Notes under the pieces: generated by a model | Databases searched by the model: none | What the model was told of the DNA's origin: nothing | What the model saw: the letters and a program-made list of their open reading frames with translations, nothing else | Translations under genes and position numbers: made by a program | DNA from: Nemertoderma westbladi | Lineage: Eukaryota; Animalia; Xenacoelomorpha | DNA: 64,000 nucleotides | Assembly: GCA_032718475.1 (NCBI GenBank) | Contig: JAUCBJ010007289.1 | Coordinates: 420,741-484,740, forward strand | Reading direction: 5' to 3' | Shown: piece after piece, positions 14,103-26,093 of the stretch | Layout: the number at the start of each line of letters is the position of its first letter | Position numbering within the stretch: the first letter of the stretch is position 1

Positions 14103-14110
14103 GGGAGCGG
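14103..14110 (+). promoter_or_regulatory. Polypurine-tract-like plus-strand primer site (also 42197-42204)
   Basis: GGGAGCGG lies immediately before the TGT of the 3' LTR in both copies. Confidence 0.7.
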
Positions 14111-15313
14111 TGTAAAAGCTTTTGTGGATATAATCAGTCCCCTTGCCCGCAAAGTACCGTGTGGGTATTTTAACGGACATAAAAGTTGTTTTCCTATATG
14201 TGTGCTTTGGCGGACATGGAAAGGCACAAAACCCGCAATGCGTGAAATTCTCTAGCACAGTGTAGCCTTGATGATTCAGATTACGACATCTAACAGCTGG
14301 TTGCTGGCATGGAAACGGCCGTTGGACACATGGTTCTTTGTTTCAGCTTAACAGCCAATCAGAGCGATTTTTACTGTCGATGTGGAGATATTCTACAGAT
14401 CGTGCTAGGAGTGTTCAGTCTTACTGTTTTCGTGTTACTGTTGTGTTGTTTCTATCTAGGCCAAGAACACCGGCTCTGGAGTCAATTCGTTTCAGACTTT
14501 AGAAGAAACATTAGTAGGCTTAGATTATAGAACGTATAACTGTTATCAACACAGTCGTACGGCATATCGTATCATTGATACATTATCGGTACATTGTCAT
14601 ATCATATCTTAACCTACCGTCTTAATGCTTTTTACTGTTGTTATTACATTGGTTGAATATTATTATTTGGAGAACATCTATAAAGAACCCAAATTTCCCA
14701 ATTTTCTTGATACACTACAGGTTAGAGAGACAGGTTACATATAGCGATTGCGACTTATATTCTCGTGGTTTGTAGTGAGTTTAATGCTATTTGATAGGCA
14801 CCTACATGAGTCAATTGCTGTTCTCTTTATATATGATAAAATTCATTGACGGTCGGCAGATTAGTGTGCAGTATTGTGCGTTACCGGTAGTGTGCATGAT
14901 TGTGGCTGATAACTAAGCATTTCCTAAAGAATGCGCCTCATACGTGAATCATAAGCCTTACAGTCTTACAGTTGTGTTTAGTATAAGTCATATCTCTGTT
15001 TACCTAGATAGAGCGCCATGTCCTAAAGGAACTGTTAATATTTCCCGAAAGTGAATAATACTCGTCAGAAATTATTTATTAACGATCAATCGAATAATAC
15101 AGTAAGCTTACACTGCAATAATAAAATCTAAGCCCTCCGAATCCAGTCTCCCGGGTATATCCAGCGGGTGAATGGACGCGCACTAGGCTGGCTTCGGCTA
15201 ATGTTGTGTTTATTGGTATTAAATACTTGTCATTTACTAAAGTCTATTTGTAAACCAAAAGACATATAAATTTTGGCAGGTTAAACTGCTAAAGGTCTTC
15301 AAAAGCGCGTACA
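14111..15313 (+). repeat. 3' LTR of copy 1 (type A, 1203 bp)
   Basis: TGTA...TACA termini. Closely similar to 45667-46824, and its 3' ~650 bp resembles type B LTRs. Confidence 0.95.
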
Positions 15314-16284
15314 AAGCCGGTAATTATGCAAAAGTTTTTTTTTAAGTAAAAGTTTGGTTAAATTTTTTGAATTTTTTATTTAAATTTCTTAAGTACCGAT
15401 TTTGGGATAGAATTGCTCAATTTTATTCTGTATCTAATAACTGACCCTCGTCCTGCGCGATGGCCCCACCAACGTGTATACAATTTATGTAGGATAGATA
15501 ATATATCAGGTATAAAATTGTAACTATTCATAATTCTTTGGAATATTATATCAAATATATTGTTGATTAAGTATTTATGCCAATTATTTTATTACTGTGC
15601 TATGTTTATGTATGTAATTATGTGATGTATAAAATGTATGTAGTGTAGATATGTAACTTCTGGTGCAGTGAAAAGGATAAATAAAAATAAACATCCACCG
15701 CTGGATTGCAGCTGACGCCTCGCACTACTCCAACCCTAACCGCACTAACCCCGACTCCCCTCTCTGCCCCAATGCCCACTCCTCTCAGTGCCCTGACTTT
15801 CACACCCTCCATCTCAACCCTCCACACCGTGCTCCCTGTCTCGGCCACCAGTCTCGCCAACCTCCCTACATGCTGCTTGTGCACCCTCCATTGCACCATC
15901 AGCTCCGCCATCCGGCCCACCGCATCCCGGTGCACCATATGCACCGGTCGCAGTAAATGACCTCTATCCACGTTCTGCACCGTATGCGTCGGTTGTGCAT
16001 TGGTCACAGTAACCGACCCTTGTCCACGTTATGTTCAGAGTGGACTGGATTGAGTGGACCGGATGATGGACCATCCCCTGGTCCATGTGGCGGACAGACT
16101 CGCTGATCACTGGATGGCACACATCCCTGAGGTCCAGGTTGTAGTCGCTGGTCACAGGGCGGCGACCGAAACTGATACACTGGCTTCCAACTCGTTGAGA
16201 GCAGAGACATAATTATCTATAGAAACTTACTGCTGCCGGTTGCTTAGATAGTTAGAGAAGCGAGTGAGAGGATGCCATATAACT

Positions 16285-17330
16285 TATTTTTTTTAAAGTA
16301 TGGGATGGTCTAACGTGTCGAAAGCTTTTTTTAAATCAACAAACATTAGACATGAGCTCTGGCATTGTCCAGTTCTTCACGAATAGATTCAACATTATTT
16401 AGAATTGCATAGGAGGTAGTGTATTTCTTACGAAAGCCGAATTGATTGAGAGATAGCACATTATATTTGTCAAGATAAGAAATTAATTGTGAATAAATTA
16501 CAGACTCAAAAATTTGGTGAAAAACAAAGAGTAAGGATATGGGACGGTAGTTCGAGGCAAGAAATTGGTTACCACCTTTATGGACTGGAATAACTTTCGA
16601 CATCTTGAGTGAATTTGGAAAATGGCCTTGTCGTATACTTAGGTTAATCAATGTCGCGAGGTGTGAAGAGATATAAGGAGCAGCAAGTTTAGCTAAAGTT
16701 AGTGGGAATTCGTCGTTCGAAGAGGAAGTTTCACAGAGTTGCAGCAGATTATAATGGATCTCCACTGTTGATGTGTCAGAAGTAATTAAAGAGTTAGGTA
16801 GAGGTTGGTGAGTTGGGCAACGGGGAGAGGATGGGAGTTGGGAAGCTAAGGTAGAACCGATGGTAGAAAAAAATAATTAAAGAGTTAGGTAGAGGTTGGC
16901 GAGTTGGGCAACAACGGGGAGAGGATGGGAGTTGGGAAGCTAAGGTGGAACCGATGGTAGAAAAAAATAATTAAAGTGATTGGCTATGTCAATAGAACTG
17001 GACACGGAATAGGTTGAGCCGTCGTGGGAGATATTTAATTGTTTAGGAACTGAGGATTTATTAGAGCGATTTAGTAGAGTGTTATTAGTTGCCCAAGTTT
17101 TACGCATATTATTAGAATTAGCAGTAAATTGGGATTCGTAGTATTTTTTTCAGCAGTTCTAAGTAAGGTAGTCAATTTGTTGCGATATTATTTAATGATA
17201 GAGTGGTTATCACTACTCGGATTATTAACGTAGGCAGCATATAACATATTTTTTTTACGAATGGCGAAAAGTAGTCCACGGGTAAGCCACAGTTTTTAGC
17301 GACAGCCTTTTTGGGAATGGGTATACGAGG
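16285..17330 (-). mobile_element. Degraded CR1-group (CR1/L2/Crack-like) LINE ORF2 fragment, N-terminal RT region
   Basis: Minus-strand translation gives WLTRGLLFAIRKKNMLY, LINLSIRQGHFPNSLKMSKVIPVHKGG..NYRPISLL, NQFGFRKKYTT and KAFDT. It has stops, frameshifts and a ~100-bp internal duplication at ~16780-16975. Confidence 0.8.
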
Positions 17331-18186
17331 GAGGTTATTTTTACAAATAAAAGTGAATTCGTCGTAGAAGCTGTCAAATTTGTTACGGACTGTAATATCA
17401 GAGGAGCAATACCATGAATTATTGCGTAAGTTATTTTGATATTTTTTATAGACTTATTATACTTAATATCCAGAGGACGGAAAAATGCTAAGTAGTTAGA
17501 TAGTACTATAATGCTTATGAGGGTGGGGGCGGGAGATTTGAACCCAGCAGTTCTCAGGGCCGGCAAAGTGGAAGTCAAGGAGGCTAAATGAAAATTAGGA
17601 GACTAAATGAAAGATCGCAGAGACCGAAAGGAAATATATTGAACTCCAGGAAGGAAGTAAGATGGAAGTTTAACAATCATTACAACTTCAATGATCAGCA
17701 TTTATATGCGTATAAATAGATTTCATGATGCGGACTTTGATGGAACAGCCTCAATAAAGCCTAGAGAGAGATACGGGGTGCGAGAAACAAATTATTGGAC
17801 GCATTCTCGTTAGATGAAATATACTGCAATATAAAGAAATAGAGTGAAATAAAGTAGGATATTTTTATTAGGCCCTTGGATTATTATAGGAATTTAGGAA
17901 GATATTATTATGTAAATATTAATTAGGTAGAGTCCTCCAGCTGAATAATATGAGGTGATTGATAGCTGACGAGATAGACTCCAGCTAAATAATATGTAGT
18001 GATGGATAACTGACGAGATATAATGATAAAATAATGACATATGATATGATGCGGACATACAACGACATGACATATTTGGTGACATATGATTTATGAAATT
18101 GAGATAAAACATGACATGAGATATGACATAAAGTATTGTATGAATGAAACGATAAAGTACGATAAATTAATTAATTTATAGTAATA

Positions 18187-18300
18187 TGAATGGGTATTTA
18201 AACCCATAGAGAAAGTCAGGTGAATGGGAATTTAAACCCATAGAGAAAGTCAGGTGAATGGGTATTTAAACCCATAGAGAAAGTCAGGTGAATGGGAATT
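18187..18300. repeat. 34-bp minisatellite, ~3.3 copies
   Basis: TGAATGGG(T/A)ATTTAAACCCATAGAGAAAGTCAGG at 18187, 18221 and 18255, with a partial copy at 18289. Confidence 0.9.
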
Positions 18301-18859
18301 CAAGTAAATCCCAATAGATATCCCAATAATATATTATATATTTGCAGAAGAAACTGATAGTAGCGGTGGTACAACAAACTCATGACACGCCCTGATACAA
18401 TTAGTTAGTCCGACGAAACGTTATAGAAAGGATATGATCCTTGCGTACGTGGGCAGAGACGGCGTGGCTATTTATATTTACAGCTACGCGGACAAAGACG
18501 AATCAGGCAATTTGTACAGCCGCGCCTACGGAGATATTGAGGCTATTTTTACAGCCAAAGGAGGAAATGAAAATATAGTAACTATTTTAAAGTTATGGCA
18601 GGATTAATTAACATGTGTTGATTAATTAATATATAAAGCTGACATGAGTTGGTGGAAGTTGAATATAATCGAATTAATTAGGCCTAAACTATAAGATAAA
18701 ATAAGAAATAAATAATTGAAATAATAAAATGACTAAAGTGATTGTTTGAACAGATTACAATTTAATGACTCGGACATTGTGTAATGTATGTTTACATAGA
18801 GACAATGATGAATGTTTAACTACTGACGAATTATGAAAATTTGCCAGATGACTGACTGC

Positions 18860-19069
18860 ACTGTGTGCAGAAAACAGCTTGTGTTTGTACCATGACAGCT
18901 GAGTGATTTGTGTGTATGTTAAATAATATAATAACAGCTGGTATTTGTACCATGACAGCTGAGTGATTTGTGTGTATGTTAAATAATATTATAATAACAG
19001 CTGGTATTTGTACCATGACAGCTGAGTGATTTGTGTGTATGTTAAATAATATAATAACAGCTGGTATTT
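18860..19069. repeat. ~60-63-bp minisatellite, ~3.3 copies
   Basis: Repeated CAGCTGGTATTTGTACCATGACAGCTGAGTGATTTGTGTGTATGTTAAATAAT. Confidence 0.9.
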
Positions 19070-20687
19070 AATTAATGTTAACTGTAGTCACATAGGATAA
19101 ATATGATTGTGCCGATTTTTGACAGAGAATAGGGAGTTAATATAACCCTACTATCAATTATTTAGGACTTAGGAATAGAAGAGTTAGTAGTAACTTTATT
19201 ACATTTAATTAGGTTGCAATGGTTTATACTGGTTGAGTTACACACAAACTTGTATTACGTCACAGAAATTATAAATACTAAAGGATTTAACACAGCCGTA
19301 CACGATATACAGTTAATCTAAGTCGGGATAATATTATGTAACACCATTGGTAAAATAATCAAGAATGATCCCACTGCGTCCATGTACATGTAGCTGTACC
19401 CAAATGTCCCTTAATTTCCCAGTATGACTTTAAATGTCCGCTGATTTCTTCTTACCTAATTTCTCTATAGTAATATGATTAAAAACTAATATGATTTCTT
19501 ATTTAAAAACTAATTATAAAAAAATAATAGCGTCTGCTTTGGTTTCATCCTAAGTAATAATAACATTATTTACATAAAAACGCAAAAAATTTAAGTGTAT
19601 TTCTCGTACCTAGTATAAATTTAACAATTGCCTGCCGCATTTTAACAACATATATATATATATAATAATCCATTGTGGTCGATCTCAGTTTTATTTGATT
19701 TTTGAACAACTATTCACACCCCATTATACCTAGAAACCGGATCCAACACAATTTGGTTTGTAAACCTTTATAAAATAACAATATATTAGATTAATATATA
19801 CTATTCTACTGTATACTTGCCTCAATAATAAATAAATTAAATATCACAATATTTAACTAACCAGTAACTCTTTTCTTCACTTCTAGATCTTCTGATAATT
19901 CCTGGTTAGCAACACTTGCAGCTGCAAGTCTATTGACTTGTAGTGTAAAAAGTAATAAGCATAATAATGCCTTCACCATATCAGGGACTGCCATAAGGCT
20001 AAGTACCCTGAATGGGATATAGGCCTACCGGGTACAATAACCCAGAAGTTGGCACCACCAAGTCGAATAATTAAATTAAATATAACAGCATTACCTTACA
20101 ATTTTTATAATATTATATCCGTGTTGTACAGCATTATATTCCTGTAGTTATGAGAAGCAACAGATCCTGCAATAATAAGCTTATGGATTTTTTCTCATGT
20201 AGAACGATGATGAACATGTAGATATAACTTAATCCTCTCTCCACAAGCGATCCATATCCATCTGTAATACACATTACTTGTATACAAGAGTAATACCCCC
20301 TTAGTACAATGTATTTAGCTACACTAACATATAACTCATGGAATAAGGGGATTATAATATTCACTGACCTCTGTTGCATGACATTCGATTTTTCAGCATC
20401 TCATAACTCACATTGTTAGTAACGATGTAATTTATGAGATAGTCGACATGAGACAATAATAAAATGTGGTCACAAAATTCCAAATAATTGCGAACCATGA
20501 AACTTTGACATAGAATTCCTTAACTTTTCATATCCATTCAACATAAAACCGTTCTTAATACTCCTTACCATGGTTAATCTCGAATATCTCCATCATCTTC
20601 CCCTCGATTGTGCAACAGTTTAACTTCTAACATCACCATCACTCATCTTAAATCTCTATGGGAAGATCAGGTATTCCACATATGGAC

Positions 20688-21172
20688 ATTGATAGTAACA
20701 GTGTGTTGGCAAGCTGTATTTTTCGAGGTGTTTGTTATATATTTATTATGGAAGGGATCTAGGGGTCTTAACCTCGAATGATAAGTTTATTTTACCGAAA
20801 ATACCTTATCTTTTATTGGCGCAATTGTAGGACTAATCCCATCACATGCGTACTTTTTAACCGGGTAGTGTACAAATTTAGGAATCGCGAAATTTTTCTT
20901 GAAATTAATATCTCACATATCTCTCCAAACCACGTACGCGTTTCGACCTTACTGGGTCTCATCAGCGTGGTGTCGAATTCGAATCTGAGACCTCGAGGTG
21001 GAAGCCGAGACAACAACCACTAGGCCACAGGTTCTTGAGATATGGAGTAATAATTTCAAAGCCAGCTGCCATTTTATTAGCCTGTGAATTTTATTATTGA
21101 TAGTAACAGTGTGTTGGCAAGCTGTATTTTTCGAGGTGTTTGTTATATTACCTAGATCCCTTCCTATAATAA
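20688..21172. repeat. Small rearranged repeat, MITE-like relic
   Basis: ~53-bp direct repeat ATTGATAGTAACAGTGTGTTGGC... at ~20688 and ~21096, plus an inverted pair TTATTATGGAAGGGATCTAGG (~20743) / CCTAGATCCCTTCCTATAATAA (21151). Confidence 0.5.
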
Positions 21173-21317
21173 ACAAATAGAAAATTAACAAATAGAAATA
21201 AACAAAATTCTAGGGGAATAAAATACTTGTCGCCAATTTTAAAATAAATAAACTACCTTTGAATCGTTCGTGAAGAAATATTTATGCCTTTGTTGACGAT
21301 ATACAAGATGTGCTGTA

Positions 21318-21582
21318 TACTACTAGGATCGTCATGCTGCATAGCAGCTGCATTTTTAAGAATGCTGTGCCGGTTTGTCGACAAAATTGCGCCGCCACAA
21401 CTCCCCATCACCCATGACATTTGCTAGATCATCCTCATCTTCAAGGCCAGTGTCCTTTAAGATGCGGATGATCTAGCAAATGTCATGGGTGATAGGGAGT
21501 TGTGGCGGTGCAATTTTGTTGACAAGCCGGCACAGCATTCTTAAAAATGCAGCTGCAATGCAGCATGCCGATCCTAGTAGTA
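21318..21582. mobile_element. Foldback/palindromic MITE-like element (~265 bp)
   Basis: Near-perfect ~120-bp inverted arms TACTACTAGGATC...GATCCTAGTAGTA with a short loop and TA at both ends. Confidence 0.75.
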
Positions 21583-22239
21583 GTCCAAGTCCTACAGTAG
21601 ATCTACCACTGCTGATATGATTTCAGACGTTCGTGGGATTGGGATCGGAACAAGACGTACTATATGCCTAGTATATAATATGCCTTGGATGGGACGGTTG
21701 TTTAGTGGGATGTGACTGACTGACGGAAAAATTAAAACAAACAAAATTCCTGACTTTCATATTTTTTACTTTCAACACAAAACACAAACATATAAAAAAA
21801 GATTCAAATTAAAGTAGGATATTAAAAAAGTTTCAAATTAACCCTATCTCGACTATCTTTTACAATGTAATTGCCGCACGGGTGGAGGGGGGGGGGCATT
21901 TTAAATCATTAAATTTTTTAGATCTTGGCTCAAAAATTTCAATTTTGATGGTATAAGTGTTTTCGAGGTCGCTGATCACGATAAAACTTGTTAAAATGTT
22001 TTCTAGCAATAGCAATATCATGCAGTATTTAAATGAATAGATGTCTCTAGTACGTACCATCAACTCAAGACATGGGGGATATGTTTCATTACATACATAC
22101 TGTATTTCGTTCATTACATACAGTATACTACTACTGTATATGCAGCTGCAGTACTATAGATAACAGAATAAACTACAGGTACTGTACAGTATGTAACAGG
22201 CAGAATTTATATTTTATACCAGTCAGCCCGGTGCTGCTT

Positions 22240-22610
22240 TGAAGAGCCGGCGGAAGATTTTTCACCCGGCGCAGCATTTTGCATTGCACATAGATGGCGC
22301 AGGATTTTTGCACCCGGCATGGGCGTGGGCGTGGGTTTACACAGAGCCGGCGCAGGAATTTTTGCACCTGGCGTGGTTTTGCTTAGAGCCGGCGCAGGAT
22401 GATTTTTTGCACCTGGCGTGGTTTTGCTCAGAGCCGACGCAGGATTGTTGGCTGGCACCCGGCGCCGCGTTTGGGGCAGAAAATAAAACTTTTCAATAGG
22501 GGTAGCGGGTACTTACCGTATTCGCTACTCCTTGTCGTTGCCCCAAGTACTCTCCGTTCGCCATATTCGCTAGTTCTTGCCGTTGTCCCAAGTACTCTCC
22601 GTTCGCCATA
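22240..22610. repeat. GC-rich imperfect tandem repeats (~40-45-bp units) followed by a ~43-bp duplication
   Basis: Repeated AGAGCCGGCGCAGGA..TTTTTGCACC(T/C)GGC, then CCAAGTACTCTCCGTTCGCCATAT twice. Confidence 0.7.
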
Positions 22611-23950
22611 TACAGTAATATAAATAAACAAGTAATGCAGTACTGGAAAGCTTGTCCTTGTACGGGTTATTGCTGCACTGTGCTACAGTACTAATGTAGC
22701 AGTAGTACCTGTGTAATGAACTGCCTAATTTGTACTGTAATTTACACAAAGATACTGTAGTATTGGGTATCTGAATGTTGATATCAATGGGATCCCGAGG
22801 CGTACAGTGACGTCACGACCAATCACAGATCGTTTTCAAATTTTGAATAATTTTTAAACTGAAAACACCAATATCTCGGCTATTTTAGCATCTTATTGAA
22901 TTCTGTAAACGCCATTGTGTTTCTGTGATATTATTGCATCTAATTAATCTGGTTTTGAATTTGAGTCGTGAACCCCATTATACTGTTACTGCATAAGGTT
23001 ACTGCATATTGTCTAATTAATGGATATACATCCGGATATACTGTAGTCAGATAGAAGAACTACTTACGAAGTTTTCAAATGATAACAACACTATACTGGT
23101 CCTACTTCTGGTAGTAAATGCTTCTGGTAGGGTTGTTCTGAATCTTCGTGATGATGGTTCAGATGACGACGCTATGGACATGTTTCAGTCAATCTCTCAG
23201 GACAGGACGTAGATCACGAAATATTTATAAAGGATAATACTGTAGAAACCTTAATGCAGTACCGTGAACCGTAGAATCTACAAACCAATCTGTCTCAGCA
23301 TTAAAGCGATATCTTTTTCGGATCAAATGTTCTAAAAATATCACTAATGTCCTATTAGAAGAACTTGCTGTATATACGAATGGGTTTTTGAAGCACTACA
23401 AGAAGGAGATTAATGGATCCGTTGCACAGCTTTGTCCGGATTGAAACGACTACGCTTAATACCTACATTTATGGAATGCTCAGATTCTTTAGAGTCTTGA
23501 CATCGTGGACATGGAAATGTCTTAGATCTACCCGAGTTCAAAAATACCAAACAAGTGTTTCTTATACGAGGATGAGGCAACTTAAAGACGGAAAGAAGGA
23601 GGTAAAAGGGAATTTCGAAAATGCTTCAGACAGTCAGACCCCGTAGATGCCTTGAATTTTAAAGTGATGCACGAAAAATATCTTCGTGGAAGTGACACAC
23701 ATACCAGCATACTAAACTCAGGGATACGTTATACATCATATTCCTAACGCATTTTGGATGTCGACCAGGAGACGAGATGAGACAAATTACCGTGGGTGTA
23801 TCTGTGAACTGTGATATCACAAAACATTTTGATTCTAAAAATGGTAAGCACTATCTATCATTGCGCTTGCGAAGCACAAAGATTAACAAGGGACAGGGGA
23901 AAATTCAATTCCGGAATATAAGTGATTACTTATCGATGCAGTAATCTCAT

Positions 23951-25133
23951 TGTAAAAGCTTTTGTGGGATAACTGATTCGTTTGCCTTGCCAACCAGTTC
24001 CCCCCCCCCCCCCCCCCCCCCGTCGCTGAATACTCTAAAAAGGGATACCTAGCTAGAATAGTGTAAGCTACCGGCTGATTGGCTAATTTGCTGTGCGAGA
24101 GGATCTGGGCTCTGCTCGATCGGCCAATAGAATTTGAGTGGGCGTTGATTTTGACCTATCCCAGAGCTACTGAACTGAAATTTTCCTATCTCACTGCTCA
24201 TCCTCTGTGTTGAACGGGAGCTTCGTGGAATAAGGGTAGTTGGTATCCTCGTATAGAGTAGTAGTCGGAGTCATATGATTCTGTTGTTGTGTTCCCATTT
24301 TTCGCCAGAACACCGGGCTTTTGGGAAGAACTTTAGTAAAACTGCTTAAATTATGGAAAGTATAAACTGTTACCTAATCTGATCAATCGACTAATCTAAT
24401 CTAATCTTGATTGGCACACGGCACGAACTTACTTATTAATTATATTGTTTGTACTGTTATTTACCGTCAGTTATTAATTGTATCGATTTGTTGATGAAAT
24501 ATTGTCATCTGGAGAATATTGATAAATCACCCGAATTACCCAATTTTCTTGATACACTACAGGTTAGAGAGACAGGCTATGTATAACAATTGCGATTTAT
24601 ATCAATGTGGTGTGTATTGAATCTAATGTTATTTAGTAGACACTACCTGAGTCAATTGCTGTTCTTTTTATGTGTGATCAAATTTACTGACGGTCGGCAG
24701 AATAGTGTGCATGATTGTGATTGGTAACAAAGCATTTCCTAAAGAATGCGCTTTATACTTTAATTATAAGCATTATCGTTGCGTTTGGTATAAGTCCTAA
24801 CTCTGTTTAAATAGATAGAGCGCCACGTCCTAAAGGAACTGTTAATATTTCCCGAAAGTGAATAATATCTGTCAGAAATTATATATTAGTGATCAATCGA
24901 ATAATACAGTAGGTTTACACTGCAACCTTACGCTGCAATAATAAAATTTAAGCATCCGAATTCAGCCTCCCGGGTGTAGATCCATCGGGTGAATGATCGC
25001 GCATGGGCTGGCTTCGGCTAATGTTTTGTTTATCAGCATAAAATATTGTCGTATGCTAAAGGTTTGTTAATTAACTAAAAGACATACAAATTTTGGCAGG
25101 TTAAACTGCTAAAGGTCTTCAAAAGCGCGAACA
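23951..25133 (+). repeat. 5' LTR of copy 2 (type B, 1183 bp)
   Basis: TGTAAAAG...GCGAACA. Differs from the 3' LTR by a C22 run and at least one substitution. CCAAT motifs at ~24078 (reverse) and ~24124; AATAAA at ~24940. Confidence 0.97.
24361..24373 (+). promoter_or_regulatory. Putative self-primer in type B LTR (TATAAACTGTTAC; also 42605-42617)
   Basis: Exact reverse complement of the 13 nt immediately 3' of the 5' LTR (25134-25146). Confidence 0.7.
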
Positions 25134-25146
25134 GTAACAGTTTATA
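25134..25146 (+). promoter_or_regulatory. Non-tRNA primer-binding site of copy 2 (GTAACAGTTTATA)
   Basis: Abuts the LTR CA end, lacks the TGG of a tRNA PBS, and is complementary to 24361-24373. Confidence 0.7.
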
Positions 25147-26093
25147 ATCTTATTGCAGTAAGCAATAAGGTTGCAAAATACCGTAGTAACCGGTAAACCT
25201 GAACCGGTACTTCTGTAGGTCAGTAGGCCCAGCTGTCAGAACCGGTACTTCTGTAGGCCTGTAGGCCCAACTGTCCTAACCGGTACTTCCAGTATAAGTA
25301 CATTAGTATTATTCGATTTTGATTATTGTATACCGGTAGGTCTTAGTATTTAATCAGGGACTGCAGCCCTGGTTTTTTATTGAGATTTTACTCATTCCTG
25401 TCGGTTTTATTTCCTAGTAAGTTAATATTGAGCTGAAGACGTGTAAGTCTGCTCAGATTGTTCAGATAATTGTAGGCTGAGCTGCTGTCTGACTGTTGTT
25501 GGGTTTGGAGAGATTACGGCGTGTGTAGAGTTTGTCTGATAAAGTGCCGTTAGTAAGTTGGGGCAGCCATATGCTGTAAGGTCAATCCCCTCTTAAAGAA
25601 TAAGTCGTACTACCGTGTTAGAACGCATACTAACTAACTATTTCAGAATCTGCATATACTGTAGTTTATTTAGGCTTGATCGTGGTCTGCCAGCATTTTA
25701 GCCTGTGTTTGTTTGTGTGGTCTGTTCAGGTACCGTAATAGTTATTACTCAGATATTTGTAGGCTGGATTGTTGTCTAGCTATTATTAGGTCTGAAGAGA
25801 TTGCTGCGTGTGTGGAGTTTGTCTGATAAAGTGCGGTTAGTAAGTTGGGGCAGCCATATGCTGTAAGGTCAATCCCCTCTTAAAGAATAAGTCGTACTAC
25901 CGTGTTAGAACGCATACTAACTAACCATTTCAGAATCTACACGTACGGTAGTTTATTTAGGCTTGGTGGTAGTTTGCCAGCGTTTGGTTTGTATTTGTTT
26001 GAGTATTCTGTACGGGTAGCGTAATATTTATTATTCAGAGTTTATGCGATTATTCGCAACATTCATGTCCCCAAGTTTATTCCTACAGTAATT

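Larger units (their letters stand above)
1..15313 (+). mobile_element. BEL/Pao LTR retrotransposon, copy 1 (LTR subfamily A); 5' end lies outside the window
   Basis: Collinear with complete copy 2: end of leader, gag-pol, spacer, ORF3, PPT-like GGGAGCGG, then 3' LTR TGTAAAAG...GCGTACA. The flank after the LTR is AAGCC (predicted 5-bp TSD). Confidence 0.95.

Noticed and set aside
15680-16260. GC-richer island with short ORFs, possible exon or TE fragment
   Set aside because: No recognisable motif or consistent frame; cannot be assigned without a search.
18187-19069. CRISPR-like arrays
   Set aside because: Head-to-tail minisatellites with no unique spacers, a eukaryotic context and no cas genes.
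23050-23950. Degraded coding-like sequence at the copy 2 insertion site
   Set aside because: Multiple stops and frame breaks, and no motif I can identify.
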